Shown here in pieces: positions 40,582-53,404 of a DNA stretch of 54,011 bases; positions within the stretch are counted from its first letter, which is position 1, and each line of letters opens with the position of its first letter. The position numbers and the translations under genes were made by a program. Origin of the DNA: Callorhinchus milii (Eukaryota); the NCBI RefSeq assembly GCF_018977255.1, contig NW_024705333.1:1-54011 (forward strand), given 5' to 3'. The notes under the pieces were generated by a model. It was not told the DNA's origin and made no database searches. It saw only the letters and a list, made by a program, of their open reading frames with translations.

Positions 40582-40744
40582 ACGGTGTGGGAATGTTGTC
40601 ATCTAGCTGTGGATGAGCTGTGGCCCGTACATTTACACAACAAAAGAGTGTTTGTATGCAGATCTCTAAAAAATATATAAATTACATCCAAAATGAAATG
40701 TGTTCGTCAGATATATATATAGAAGACTGCAGCTCCAGATGTCA

Positions 40745-41080
40745 CGAGTAAACACAGCCCTTCACGGTGTGAAGACAGAGAACACTTTCCAAACAGATGG
40801 GATAACTGTGGACATCATCAATGACGTGGGACCAGCTGTTGCATAAAAATTAGTGGAACTATTCTCGAAAATGTTTACACACAAATTAAAAATCTCAATT
40901 AAGGAATGATTCCTCGATAAATCTTCAACAACAAAAAAGGACACAGAACTGGCCCGAATAATCACGAACGCCTTCGCCTCCTATCGCATGCATACACGAC
41001 GTTTATTCAAAGGTTAGAGATAAACCTATTGAGAAACAATTTCGAGGAGTCAACATAGAAAGGCCTCAACCTAGAAATGA
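40745..41080 (+). mobile_element. Decayed RTE-clade LINE fragment, N-terminal part of the RT domain
   Basis: Translation VNTALHGVKTENTFQTDGITVDIINDVGPAVA*KLVELFSK...KKGHRTGPNNHERLRLLSHAYTTF...QPR resembles EV..AL..MK..KAPG.DGIT.D...KL..LF...KKGD.....NYRPISLLS..YK.F...QP. Stops and frameshifts present. Confidence 0.8.
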
Positions 41081-44000
41081 CTTGATCATGGCTGTGGTTG
41101 ATGCTTGTTAATTATTTCCGATGTCTGTGTGCAAACCCCCCCCCCCCCATAAAAGTGTATTGTGGACACGCAGATTTAATTAACTGCTGTAATGTAAAGC
41201 TAAGAATGTTTAAAATAAGTTACTTTGAAAACAAGTCTTATTAAACCTGCCTTACCGTCTCACGGTTTTAGAACTCCAGCCCATGACAGGAAATTACTCT
41301 CAACACTTCGATACACTTAATGCATGTTGGCAGCATCTCGCGCATGCATCCCTTTGACATATGCAAAACTGGGAACGTTTATGGATAATATATGAAATAA
41401 AGTACAACAACAAAAAACCTTCTCATGTACAACGGCATGTAATATACAGAAAAGAGAAATTGTATGTCTGTAGCCATTCCGTGTGCATAGTAAGGTAATG
41501 CATGCAGGCACGTAATGCAAGTGGGTGCGGCTTTGGCAGCCTTTAAAAGCCGGCCTGTGGCGTAGTCGCCACCGGAGTGCATTCAAGACGGAGTCGCTCG
41601 GCCTCCCAAGCCTCCTGTTCCACAAAAGGCCCTCATTAGTAATCCATAGACAGGTCTGCCTACCATTCCACACGCTCTTCTGTTAACCTATTCTCGCACA
41701 AAATTGTTCTTATTTTTCATAATTGCAATGTACAATATGGAACCTGTTTTTTTTGTAATCTGCAATATTTAAAAAAGGCCATTGCCTGATGATTTAATTG
41801 TGTGCTCGTACAAATGTACGCACGTCCACAAATGCCTGCAAACACACGCGTAAGCGCACATCGTATTTGTGATAAAATTTAGCTTTTAGAGGTAAAAATG
41901 CAAGTCTTTTTTCCATTCAGGATATTTATATTAGTACTTGTGGATTTGTAGGTGAAATTGTTAAGACAGGATTCTATTAAAAAGAAGTGGGGGTGACGGG
42001 GGGCTGGGGAACGAAGCATGAAATGTAATTCTAAAATGTAATTATGCAAATGGATTGTATTTGTCAGTTGAGTAATTAGGGTATTACAGTACTGGGCTGA
42101 AGAGGTATTCATGTCATCATAAACAGCTAGGGAATCTGATGCTGAATAATGATGCGTACACACCCGCATTAGCAAAACATGTTTACAACTGCCAACAGTA
42201 ATAAACACATTTCACGAATTAGATATGTTATATTTCTTCCATCATATGACACTTAAAGGCCAATTTGTGTAAAAATTTGACCGTTCACATGTTATTAATC
42301 AAATTTGTCATTTCTTTTCATTTTTTGTTTAATATCTTGCCAGCATGGAGCCACTAAGGACTTTTCACACACAACCTAGGGTTGACAATGTTCAATAATG
42401 TCGAGACAAACGCCACAGAAAGCATTTACTTGCATTATTAAAACCTCTGTACGTGTGCACTTTCTTGCACACTTTGCAAAAAAGGCCAAATATGAGATTT
42501 AAGTGGGAAAAGGAGTACGTTTCTCAGCAGCATTCGTGAAGCGGAGATTTGTTGTACAATAAGGCTGCATTTTACATGATGCTCTGTCCCTCCGAGACAT
42601 AACTGCCTATGTAAATGGTGCCGGATTGAATGCTATCTCTCACTGCCAGCATTTCCCCGCAGCAGCAGCAGCAAGAAAAGCTCGCCGCTGTGAATGGCGT
42701 GGCAATTTCTGACAAACAATGCAAAGAAATATAAAACTGGGTGCCCCATCAGACCCCAGTTCTCCATAAAAGCAAAGCTGTTCTTAGCCACGTTCACCGG
42801 CACAGGACACGGACGAGTGCGTTCAGCAAAGAGTGCATTCACGGTGCCTGATGGGGGTTTTCGGTGTTTTATTATTTTATATATATTTGTTATTTCAGGG
42901 TGTTTTTTTTTTTTGCAAAAGCAAGTGAAAATAAAATTGACAGATGCATTTTACGGAAAACTACATTTTCAGAACAATGGCAGTGAGATTGAAAGGTTCG
43001 GTTGTAAATCGACAGTTTTTCAGTTCACTGATTGTTATCACCTGCCAGTTCACGGTCTTTTTGTAGTACAAAATTAAACTGAAACTAGCACATTTATATA
43101 ATGCTGCAGAGAATTGTCCTCCTATACCGGGTATTTTCAAGTTGAATTTAATGTTCTCTTAGCCGAATCTAACAGCTTGACTGTGCTTGCAAAAAAAATC
43201 TATGTACACCCTTGCTTGTATGAAATATTTTATAAATATGTTCATGAACTTCTCTGAATTTTCTTTTTTGTAAAAAACAATGTATGCTTAACGAATGTAT
43301 CAAGATTGAATGTATATACATATTTTTACAGGCTATATCAGTGCATGTTGTAAGTCACTTATTTAAACATTTTTGTTTTGATTTGTCATCTATTTGCATT
43401 ATACTGTGGGCACTGCGATGGCTTAACTCACTTTAATAGTTCCTTAGCTTATTTTTTAAGCGTAAGAACATGATATAAAAAGGGGGGGGGGGATTGTACA
43501 TTATGTGGAACAGTGTGCTGGAATATTTTGACAGCATTTATCAACCAGCGTGAAAAGAAAATGTGAACCATTTATCAGCATCATCACCACCACACTTTCT
43601 CAGTTCAAGGAGACCTCGTGAGTGTTTGAGCAAGTGAAGGGTACCAGTGGAGAGTATTCACGTTGTTCCTGCTTTCCACATCTCAAGGGATTAGCTACAC
43701 GTTCAGGTCTTACGCTGTAAGGCCATAGCCCAGTGGGGAAGTTATTCAACAAGAAACACACTCATTGGTTGGGAACACCACTTAATTTGTGAAGACCATT
43801 CAGAGGGGACGAAAGGCCAGGGTGCAAGAGCATGGGAAAAGCAAGGGCTTGTGCTTGCAATTCCAGTGACAGGAGTTTTATTTCGGCCTCCGAGACTAAC
43901 ATTTCCATTCAGCTCCAAGGGGGCCACTGACTAATCCATTGGGGTTGGCCTCCGCCTACACTGGACTCGGTTTTTAATCGAGTATCCACCGTTATAGCTC

Positions 44001-44589
44001 TAATTTAGCTGTGGAAAGTGAAGCGGTGACAGGGTTGTAACAGGCTCAATACTCGCCTTGTGAGCCATACCACGGGGACTATGGGAATCACAACTACCAG
44101 GGCAGACAAAGGTGTGTTTAGTAAGCGTAGGAGTCACATTATTCCAGCATCAGCAGAACATGAATTAACCAACAAGGAGGTTGCACACAGTGCAGTATGG
44201 TGCTGCTATTAAACACACACACAAAAAAACACTACAGTATTTTAAAGTGTTTTATGGTTGTCGAGTGTGAAGTGCAATCTTAAACGGCATGTAATTGCCG
44301 TGTGGATTAATTTATATTTTGGGGATAACTGGCCACCAGAGGAATGTAGAGAATGTGGTGTAATGGCTTTTGGATGGTTGCAATTGCTAAGGGGGTCCAC
44401 TGCTCCATACATAGCCAATCATGTTAATCGGAGGTGCAGGGGACGGACAACAAACTAAACACAAAAATCAGTTCTAAAGAAATGAGTTTTAAAGTCTAGA
44501 TTATTTAAAAGTGCACAGCTCCAGTGGCTTCCTAATATCGGAAGGAAGAGCGTTCGAGACGGCAGCAGAAAGCCAAAATCCGCTACTGG

Positions 44590-44731
44590 TTGATGAAGGT
44601 TTGTGAAGTGGTGTCGGACCTGCCAGTTGAGATATCGTGACCAAAGTAAGTTGGCTGCGGCAAGCAATCAAACGAAAGTGTTCACCGGGTTCATGGTGAA
44701 GTGCACTCACCATTGCATCATTGCTTCACCC
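44590..44731 (-). mobile_element. Probable third, highly degenerate 5' portion of SINE family A
   Basis: Minus strand GCAATGATGCAATGGTGAGTGCACTTCACCATGAACCCGG...GCCGCAGCCAAC...GATATCTCAACTGG resembles the head of the copy at 39591. Confidence 0.4.
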
Positions 44732-44847
44732 TCACGTGATTTATATGGCATGGTACGTCACTAAAAACCATGCATTTATTTCTGTTCTTCAGTAGCATGC
44801 ATTTAAAGAGTAACTCGTGACCACATTTGTAATCTTGAATTAATTAT

Positions 44848-45291
44848 CACTGGTCAACACACTTTTTTCTGGCATAAGGTATTCCAACGGTTTTAAGGTC
44901 ATTTTGGGGTGCTGATTCCAAATCTGGTATCAGTTTTTGTCTATCACGTTCAGGTTTTTGAGATATCAAATATTGCATTTTCAATAAAAACTGCAGAAGA
45001 AAAATATTAAATAAATGTGGATATCTACATAAAATGATATTATAAACACACTATCCTAAAAATACAGCACCATATTTTAACACTAAATCAGTCACTGACT
45101 CGCAACAACTTGCAATCATAAGTGACAGAGTTAATTTCGGGTAAAATCAATGAAAATGGGATATGCCGATAGCATAAAAATGAGATGTGATAGAGCAAAT
45201 CTGAGATCAGATTTGGAATCAGCACCCTGAAATTAGTCTAAAGCAGCTGCCAAGTCCAGGCCAGAAAAAAATGTTTTTTTGTTGACCAGTG
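44848..45291. mobile_element. Non-autonomous DNA transposon (MITE), Chapaev/CMC-like, 444 bp
   Basis: Terminal inverted repeats CACTGGTCAACA / TGTTGACCAGTG, extended by imperfect subterminal inverted repeats (TTTTTTCTGGC / GCCAGAAAAAA; GGGTGCTGATTCCAAATCTG / CAGATTTGGAATCAGCACCC; CTATCAC / GTGATAG). TTAT on both flanks (44844-47, 45292-95). CAC...GTG termini are typical of Chapaev; the superfamily assignment is recalled, not searched. Confidence 0.8.
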
Positions 45292-45532
45292 TTATACATC
45301 ACATCTTAGAGAGTGGAATTCAGATCAGTACATGTAAGAACATAATTACAGTTCTTGAACGTAAAATGTACTTGATATTAATTAGGTTGTTCGCGTTTAC
45401 GTGCGAAAAGGTGAGCGAGGGGTCTTTTGTCTATTTTTGATCCTAGTCGATCGAATCGACTTGTACAATTATAACAAAAAAAATGCACGGACAATAAAAA
45501 TAACACTCAAGCAATTCTCTAGTGACATTTCT

Positions 45533-45605
45533 GCACAGCTCTGTGGGTTATGTCAGTTTTACCGAGTCAGTATCTCTGTGATCCTGGGTTCAAGCTCCCA
45601 TGCGA
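45533..45605 (+). mobile_element. Possible degenerate tRNA-derived SINE head
   Basis: CAGCTCTGTGGGTT (A-box-like) and GGGTTCAAGCTCC (B-box-like) at tRNA-like spacing; no TSD or second copy seen. Confidence 0.3.
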
Positions 45606-46240
45606 ACAAGAACACTAAAAGGCACACTGTATCTACCAATTCTATAAGGGCCTCATATGAACCATATTTGACAGACTCTAATAAGGGTTTTTTTAAGCAG
45701 CATTTTATAGGCAAATTGTTAACCTAAGAAGGTATGCAAAGAAGAATACAAAGAAGGTCGTTTGATGCTTTATTTTTTACATTTGTATTCACATTTTATG
45801 CTGGAGATATTTTACATGAGTGCAATATTGATTGGTTTCTCAGCTTGCTTACACTGCACCATGTGATATTTATGATGTAGAACAGCAATAACTCCTGCTT
45901 ATATTAAGTTTTGTCAATATTTCCTCGTAATTTATTGGGGGGGGGGGTTAACGTACTTTATCAATTAATCCTGAAGCAGTGAATCAACTGTACGCGAAAT
46001 GAAAACATGCGAGAATTCTCATTTTATAATGACAAACCATTTATTGTATGTGCAAATTGAAAAGTGTTTCAACAATACATAAATTGGATAACATTGTGAA
46101 TAAATTAAATTAATAGTTTATTTTCTTCATCACTCAATGCAATGTTACGGATAAAAGAGATCTTCAGTTGTTTTCTCGACTAGAAGGAGTGAAAGAGAGC
46201 CCCTGTGGAGAGTATTTGGCCTACTCTTCCATGCTGGCCA

Positions 46241-46565
46241 GGGGTGCCACGGTGATGAGATGTTAACTACCTCGCCTGGTATACAAGAGATCGTGGGTTT
46301 GATCCCGATCCCGACCCTGACACCTGTATATTTGGAGTTTGAATGTTCTTCATAATAAACATTTTTTTGGGATAGATCACGTACACATAAATGCGTCGTA
46401 AATATATAAATGTTTCATGTTTCTCCCCGTGGATAATTTATCCGGGTCCTCCAGTTTTTCCCTCCACATTAAGCAACATCCGTTTAGAGTATTAGGCTGC
46501 TATAAGCCACTTTGTTGAGCTATCATTTGTGGCCAAATCGCTTGTGAAAAAAGAGCTATAAAGCT
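46241..46565 (+). mobile_element. V-SINE (tRNA-derived SINE with V domain), interrupted by a ~65-bp insert
   Basis: tRNA-like head with B box GGGTTTGATCCC. V-domain pieces TGGAGTTTGAATGTTCT (46333-49), CATGTTTCTCCCCGTGG (46416-32) and TCCGGGTCCTCCAGTTTTCCCTCCACA (46441-67). The 3' end AAGAGCTATAAA resembles LINE-derived tails. Confidence 0.72.
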
Positions 46566-46640
46566 CAGTGGGTTTTAAATGGTAAAAAAAAGTCAAATAG
46601 TTTTAGTTTAGATGTCTTGGAAGAAGTGGGAGAGCAAACA

Positions 46641-46817
46641 CTTTACCCCGTCACACGTGACATACCGACTACTAACCGTTGGGCACCCCTGTGGTGCACC
46701 CATTTATACTGCTGGGTGGACAGAGGCAGGGGATTTAATCTTCCACACTGGAAGATCAAACTGACAACCTCTCGGTTGCAAGTCTACGGTTGATAACCAT
46801 TACACCATAGCAGCATC
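46641..46817 (-). mobile_element. tRNA-derived SINE, family B
   Basis: Minus strand GATGCTGCTATGGTGTAATGGTT (A box) ..GACTTGCAACCGAGAGGTTGTCAGTTTGATC (B-box-like) ..CCACCCAGCAGTATAAATGGGTGCACC. Homologous copy at 47323. 3' end approximate. Confidence 0.68.
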
Positions 46818-47322
46818 CTGAATGGCAATGTAAATATACAAAAATAAGATTGTTACCGTATTGGAAGGGAAACATTGATCAAATATGTATAGCCACTTAT
46901 AACTGTAAACTTCACGTATTTATTAATTCACTTTGGCACGAGTATTATGTGCACCGAATAATGTGTTACGTCTTCTTAGTAGTCATATAAATGAACTGGA
47001 ATTCACCCACTGTCCGATCGAGAACATTCAGCTTTTCATGAATTCATGAATCTGAGGACTCTAAGGGAATTGCTTGTGAAGTGCTGGAACTGAAGTAAAT
47101 GTGGCCACACTTTTATTAATCCCAAGTCCCGAAGAGCCAGCTGAGCACTGCACTGCATATATTTATTTTCGAAAACAAAGCTACTTGTCACGAACGCTGG
47201 ATAATTATTTAAATGAATATGGTGGCAATCCTCCTGTTCGGGTTAGGCAATTAAGGATTTAAGAGTGTCCACCGCAGCCGTGTTTTATGTATTATTTATT
47301 TATTAGTACTCCACTGTGTACA

Positions 47323-47435
47323 GATGCTGCCTGCCATGGTGTAACGATGAGCAAACACTGGACTTGCAACCCAGAGGTTGCCAGTTCATTCGCCCAGCAC
47401 TATCAGCTATGTGTGCACCGCAGCCTGTGGGGTGA
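47323..47435 (+). mobile_element. Partial second copy of SINE family B
   Basis: GATGCTGCCTGCCATGGTGTAACGATG...GGACTTGCAACCCAGAGGTTGCCAGTTC...CCCAGCACTAT...GTGCACC is colinear with the reverse complement of 46641-46817. Confidence 0.62.
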
Positions 47436-50400
47436 AGCTTGTGTGTGTGTGCGTGCACTCCCACTTATTCTAAAATGTCTGGTCAGAGTGGAAGAGTAGG
47501 CCAAACGGCCTCAAGAGGAGCCATTCTGCCAACAGTGGTGCGAGCAAGCAACCGCGGTGCTGATTCCCTGGCTGGTTTCCTTGATGCACTGCGATACGTA
47601 ACCACAATAAACTGCACTCGTGGTTTTGTCAATTTAATATAATTATTATTAAGGTTTAAATTACGTCGTTTATCACTTGGAGAGAATGCTTCCAACCACA
47701 GCGTGTAATGTGGAATTTCCACTACTAGTTTCAGTGGCGTACACAGTACGCGTACTAGCGAGTGGACATCATCTGCCGTTTAATTGACGCTAGATTATTA
47801 CTTCATAAAACAATGAATGGAGCATTTCTGATCATGCTTTGGTAAGCAGTATGTTACTGTACCGATGTTCATCAACACAAACGTTCTCCTTGGTGGCAGT
47901 TTTTCTTTTAAAATACGAATAAGTGAGTGAGTGAGTGGTGCTTACTGTTTGCTCGTCCAGTAGAGTGCACTTTGTAGTCAGGTCACAGAAAGGTGAACTT
48001 GCAGGAATTGCCAGCCCATGAATGGATCTGGACCATTCCAGGATCAGCACAATTGTCCAGATCATCAGTTCTCATAATATGTAAGCCCACCCACCAGCCA
48101 CCAGCCAAAATCCTCTTCCAAACCCTCCTTGGTGTGACTAGGTATCGGGAGCGTATTTTTCTTCCAAAGAAAAACGTTTATATGTTTAAAAAAAAACGTG
48201 GTGTAAGTTTGAGATAGATTATGTTAACTTAAGCTAATAAATGTTTTTTGGTGATTTATGATGTTGAAAACATAACAAAGGCCTGCAATTGAAAGTAACA
48301 AGGGATGCCATTGGCTACAAATCACATTTCCATGTTCACCCTTGAGGCGCGAGTGCTTCCGTTCGTCATCTCCACCTTAAAGCGCGTGGCTTGGTATTTT
48401 TAAAAAAGCAAACTCTGGGGCCACCACTCACACTGAGCCCACTGGCAAGACTGCGACAGCAAGCCCAGCTCACAAACTGAGCCGTCACGCTCCCTATTAA
48501 TATAGAACACACAGTATGAAAGACTAATTTGTAGGGCAGTAGAGGTCATTGAAATAAACAGGCTAGTTCCTATGATTATTTTTTTGGCATTATCCTATTC
48601 GTGTGGGAGTTGTAGTTATCCCAGTTGCCTCCCACGCTAACAAAAAAAATGGCCAAACATCCAATGTAGCACTCTCCTGAAAATGGATCTCGTGACTCAA
48701 AAGATAATTTACAAGATAAATTAAACTATATATTGTAAAAAATAAACATGCACAAAAAAGGAGCACGGATGATGACAACCCGTGTATGAATGCATGAAAG
48801 AAAGTAGAATTAACCAAGATTAAAGAAATACCTGTGCAAGATAGTGTGATTTTCAGTAAGCTCATACAGGATGAAAACGTTCCATCACGCCATAAGTCAC
48901 ATTTTTTTTTCGTAAGGTCTGGGGAGGGAGAGTGAGAGTAGGCATGTGGAGGAGTCAGGGATGGATGAGAGGCTGAACTTGATTGGGGAAAAGATGGAAG
49001 GAGGAGAGCTGCTGAGGGTGTGAAGTGGTGGCAGTCAGGGCTGTCCATTCGTCTGTCCATCAATGCACGGGACAGTCAATGCCGGACGTGGGAATGTGTG
49101 CCAATGTGTTTCAAACAATCGTGTGGCAATCCAGAACTGCCATGCACAAAAATACATCGTTGGGTTTTTAACGTGTACATTTGTGATCACACAACATGAA
49201 ATTTAAAGAATATATTTAAAGCGCTTTCATTTAAGTCCACTTTGAAATATCGATCCTCTTAAAAGCATTTGCCTTGGAAAACGTGAACTATGCATGCTAA
49301 TGGAAATCTGTTCATGTGTATGTTCATATGACGATTTTTTTTATTTTAATATGCATGGCGATAGAAATTATAAAATATACTCTCACTGTGTAATATTATA
49401 TTTTAATGCAAAAAATCAGATCAAGACATTTAAATTTCTCCACCAACACCTGCTGCAGAGAAAAAGTAATCCCCAGATCATATGATTGTAATTCTAAAAA
49501 AGTGAAAAAAATTAGACGATAAAATTAGCAGAACAATAATAAAGTTGCATTTGTAATTTCCAAATACATTGAAATACACCCGTGAGGTAGCAATGCTGCT
49601 AACATCATTTCAGGAGAAATGTACCACAGACGATTCACATTTTACACAGTACACTAAAAAATGTATTAAAATTGCATTTAATGTATGTTTTTGTTAATTG
49701 CAGGGGCAAATTAGTGGGCAAACACAAATATTTAGCTTCAAACACAATTTGTGGAAATGCAAGTGAGAATGTTGCACAGTAATTAACGCCTCAAAATATA
49801 AAAACGACAGTATCTGCAGTGAACAGCTTTCTTATGCAACATACAAATCAAGCAATGTATGATGAATAAATGGTAGCCGTCATGCACACTGTCTGTCAGC
49901 CGTTGCATGTGCGCTGCTCGACACAGCAGTCGTCTTCCATGTTCAGCTTGAGACAGGGCTTTCCTGCCAGTGGTTCGAATAAGCCCAGCTTGCAGGAACT
50001 GCCTCACTGCATAGGATATCAATCCTGGGCTCAAGACATTATTCAGGCAAGCTCAATATCGCTCTTGTTTAATCTGCTACAGCGTGTGCCTTAGCAAAAG
50101 GGCGGGTGAGTCTCGTAAGAGCGATATAGCCGTTCATCACTTCCCAAACACCACAACAAAACAGTACATTGATCCTGTTTTTACAATCACTTCATTAAGG
50201 CATTACGTGCCGGGAGCTAACACATTACTCGCCATAATATAAACGGGAGACGTTAAGGTCAAAGCGGCGTAATTTGTATAATACGCCCATTCCCTCTCCG
50301 TCTTCCAGCCATAACCCTACGTATTAGTTGGCATTATAGTATAGTTGAGTGCATATTGTAAAACACAGAGGAAGTTACTCAACTCGGAGTATTTTTTTCA

Positions 50401-51825
50401 TGGACATAATCCTGCACTTCTCATGAATGTCCCACCTAACCGAAATGCTCATTCATAACAAAGTCAACTGGATGTGTTTTTTTCTATCGCAACAAACAAC
50501 ATAAATTGAGTTGTAAAAAATATTACGGTAATATTTAATATATGAGCATAATATTAATTTTGTTGGCATAATTGTAATGACAATTTCGGGGTCAATGTAC
50601 TTAAATCAGTTGCAAGCTTACAACAATTACCTGTAATATCATATGGCAATGGACAATGATTTGGGTCTGCATCCTGTTATACATTTTTTTTCTGAATAAT
50701 TCATAGCAACCTTAGTCGCTTTAAAAAAAATCGCTGTTAAGAAAAATCCCACTATAATACAGCATCGATGTCCCGTTAATTTTCCGATTAGCTTTTATGA
50801 TGCTGAAAGATTGTTCTTTCAGCATTGCTGCTCCTTAATCATCCATTACTTCAAGGAACTTTCAAATTAGTTTCAATGTAAAAGTCTAACATAATTAAAG
50901 TACAGAATTTTGCTTCATTGAACTGGTTATGTTAAATTCGTTTAAAAAAAAAATTGTAATTGACTTTTTTAATGCATTTTCTCCCAAGGAGGAACGGGGT
51001 GGAATTACAACAATTTCCTTGGAGGCCTTCACATATTTTTTTAACGATATGATCCATACTTAGCACATTTGGTTTCATACGGTGCGAAAGAAGTGTACCA
51101 TACGTGCATATTCTTAAACAAAACATTACAGCTATTGTGCAAATTCCCTCTAATTGTTTATGCTCACAGACAGTAGAGCCGGCTAACAAAGCAAAATTAT
51201 TGTTTTAATTAGGCCATTAAATAGGCAGAAAACATTGTGTGTTTGCATTTTAAGGTTCCCTTATGGTTCTCAAATGACTATTGTTTAGAATGAAAACTGA
51301 TTGTTCCATGAATTCAAACACCAGTGTGGCACAAGGAAAGTTTAGAAGTTGGAGCACCTGCTTTTTTTGTAAGACCAGCGCAAAGTTAATTATCACTCTA
51401 TTGCCTCTAGTATCAGTACAGTATATGCAATTAACACCACTAAATATTACACCCTTGTAAAAATTGTTGCCAGTACATTGCATATATGCTTGTGATTGTA
51501 TTTATGCACGTATGTTGTTAATGGTATTTGTATACAGGTGTTGTGGAAAATTAACCATCTGTTTAAACTTTTGAGTAATGTTTAAGTGATTATTAAAAAT
51601 GCTGCTTTTATATAAATACAATAATGCACTTAATAGAAATACAAGAATGCGCTGATGATTATCTATTGTGCAGGCTCTGAAAACACCTATCCCACAATCC
51701 ATATGCAGCAAAACCTACAATTTCACTTGGCAATAGGGTATCTCTTTGGTAGGCCATATTTTAATACTTTAATGACATTAAGTCAATTGGCCACGTTGTG
51801 GTATTTTGGGAAGGCTCTGCCAGTA

Positions 51826-51953
51826 TTGCATATTTACATGCAATGCTGCACCAATGCATGTACATGCAAAAGCATGTGCATGAAAGCATGCATTCCTACA
51901 TGCATATTGCAGAGATAAACACAACCATACCTGTGCGTGCATGCATGACCATG
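51826..51953. repeat. Low-complexity (T)GCATG/CATG-rich tract
   Basis: Many GCATG/CATGC words within about 130 bp. Confidence 0.55.
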
Positions 51954-53308
51954 TTTGAGCAGCCAAGTGAATGCATTAAAGCAAGGGGAAAATATTTCTG
52001 TACCATTGCCAGCAAATGGAATGGTATTTTCACACATGCTCGAGATGTCAAATGTCCTTTTGCAGATTATTTCACATCACAGACATATTTACATTTGTGG
52101 CAGAGTTCTAGGCCTCGGTTGCTGCCATGACCAAACACATTTTGATTGATTTCCCTTCCACTTTGTAGCTGCTTCGTGACACATGCTTGGTGAGATCAGA
52201 GCAAAATGGGAATGAAGTTTGCAATTGTTGATTTTTTTCACACGCAGTATAGCAATAATACATGAATTCAATTCAATGTAGACTCATCATACGAGAAAAT
52301 GCCGGTAGCAATGTGGTCCAAGATATAGTGGGAGTGTAATTTTACTGGCCACTCATCTTGTCTGCTATTGTTTCACTAATCGGTTCAATTTGGAGCCCAT
52401 TAGTGTTGCATAGTCATTCATCAGCTGATTTTAATGGCCAGTACCTATATTGGCCATTGTCTCATCCTTACAGCTGCTGTATTGAGCAATTATAAAAATT
52501 ACCTTATATTACACTTTCCCCGTGACTCTTTTCCAGCTCTTATGAATTCGCTTTACTCTTATCTAATTAACCTGACGAAATTATGCACACATTACTAGTT
52601 AATTGTAACCACAGCCTATTTTGTATAGCTCTCAAACAGCAATATGAAAGCTATTTAGGACAGTAATACCAATGTAATTCATTACACCACAGAATTTAAT
52701 CCATGCAAAAGTTAGGGTATGGACACATTAACATTTTTAATACTCGGTTGATAAATTCGCTGCTCTATTAATTTTCCCGGAGCACGTGAGAAGGTAGCAC
52801 AGAAAAATACAACACTACTAACAAAAGCAACTATTCTCGATATATTACACATTTTCTCTCTAACCAGTCATATAGTTTATTAAAAACATCGCGAAGCAAT
52901 GAATGAAAACGTACTGCCCCTTGGCTTAATACATGTAAAAAATATTATTCCTTCTTGGAACCTCAGTCTCTCAGTGAGCTAGAAACCAGTGCCACAATGA
53001 GTTTAATCAGCGTGACCTACAAACCCCAAGCAGTTATCCGTAAATGCAAACGTGCTGTAGGGTCAGCAAGCAAAGCTGAGTATTCTATACAGCCGGGTTT
53101 CGTTTAGAGTGGCCATAGAAGCAGAGTAGAATGCTGCCGTATGCTCGACTGTCTTCTCTTGGAGTATGCCATAGAAACATGTCAACCGCTGCATATTAAA
53201 TTTCGATTTAAAGCTTTCGTGACTGCAGGGATTCATCTTCTTGTTTCTTTCGGTAAAGTCACGTAGAAGGGAAGTAATAAAATAATAAAAATAAAACATA
53301 ATAAAACA

Positions 53309-53360
53309 ATTCTCACGACGTTTCGGCTACAACGCAAGCAGCCGTCTTCAGGTGAAGAAT
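53309..53360 (-). ncRNA. Minimal type I hammerhead ribozyme, intact core (minus strand)
   Basis: Exact reverse complement of 53405-53456. Confidence 0.85.
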
Positions 53361-53391
53361 GAGACACTACCAAACTAGGAGCTTATATATA
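53356..53391 (-). promoter_or_regulatory. Candidate Pol II core promoter of the PLE terminal repeat: TATA box plus Inr
   Basis: Minus strand TATATATAAGCTCCTAGTTTGGTAGTGTCTCATTCT. TATAWAWR starts at -31/-29 relative to the A (53360) of TCATTCT, which fits YYANWYY. Confidence 0.5.
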
Positions 53392-53404
53392 TTGGTAGTG
53401 TCTC

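Noticed and set aside
43600..44150. GC-balanced block that might be a solo LTR or other TE
   Set aside because: No TG..CA ends, TSD or second copy identified.
48590..49063. 157-aa minus-strand ORF
   Set aside because: Low-complexity translation of purine-rich and AT-rich non-coding DNA; no domain.
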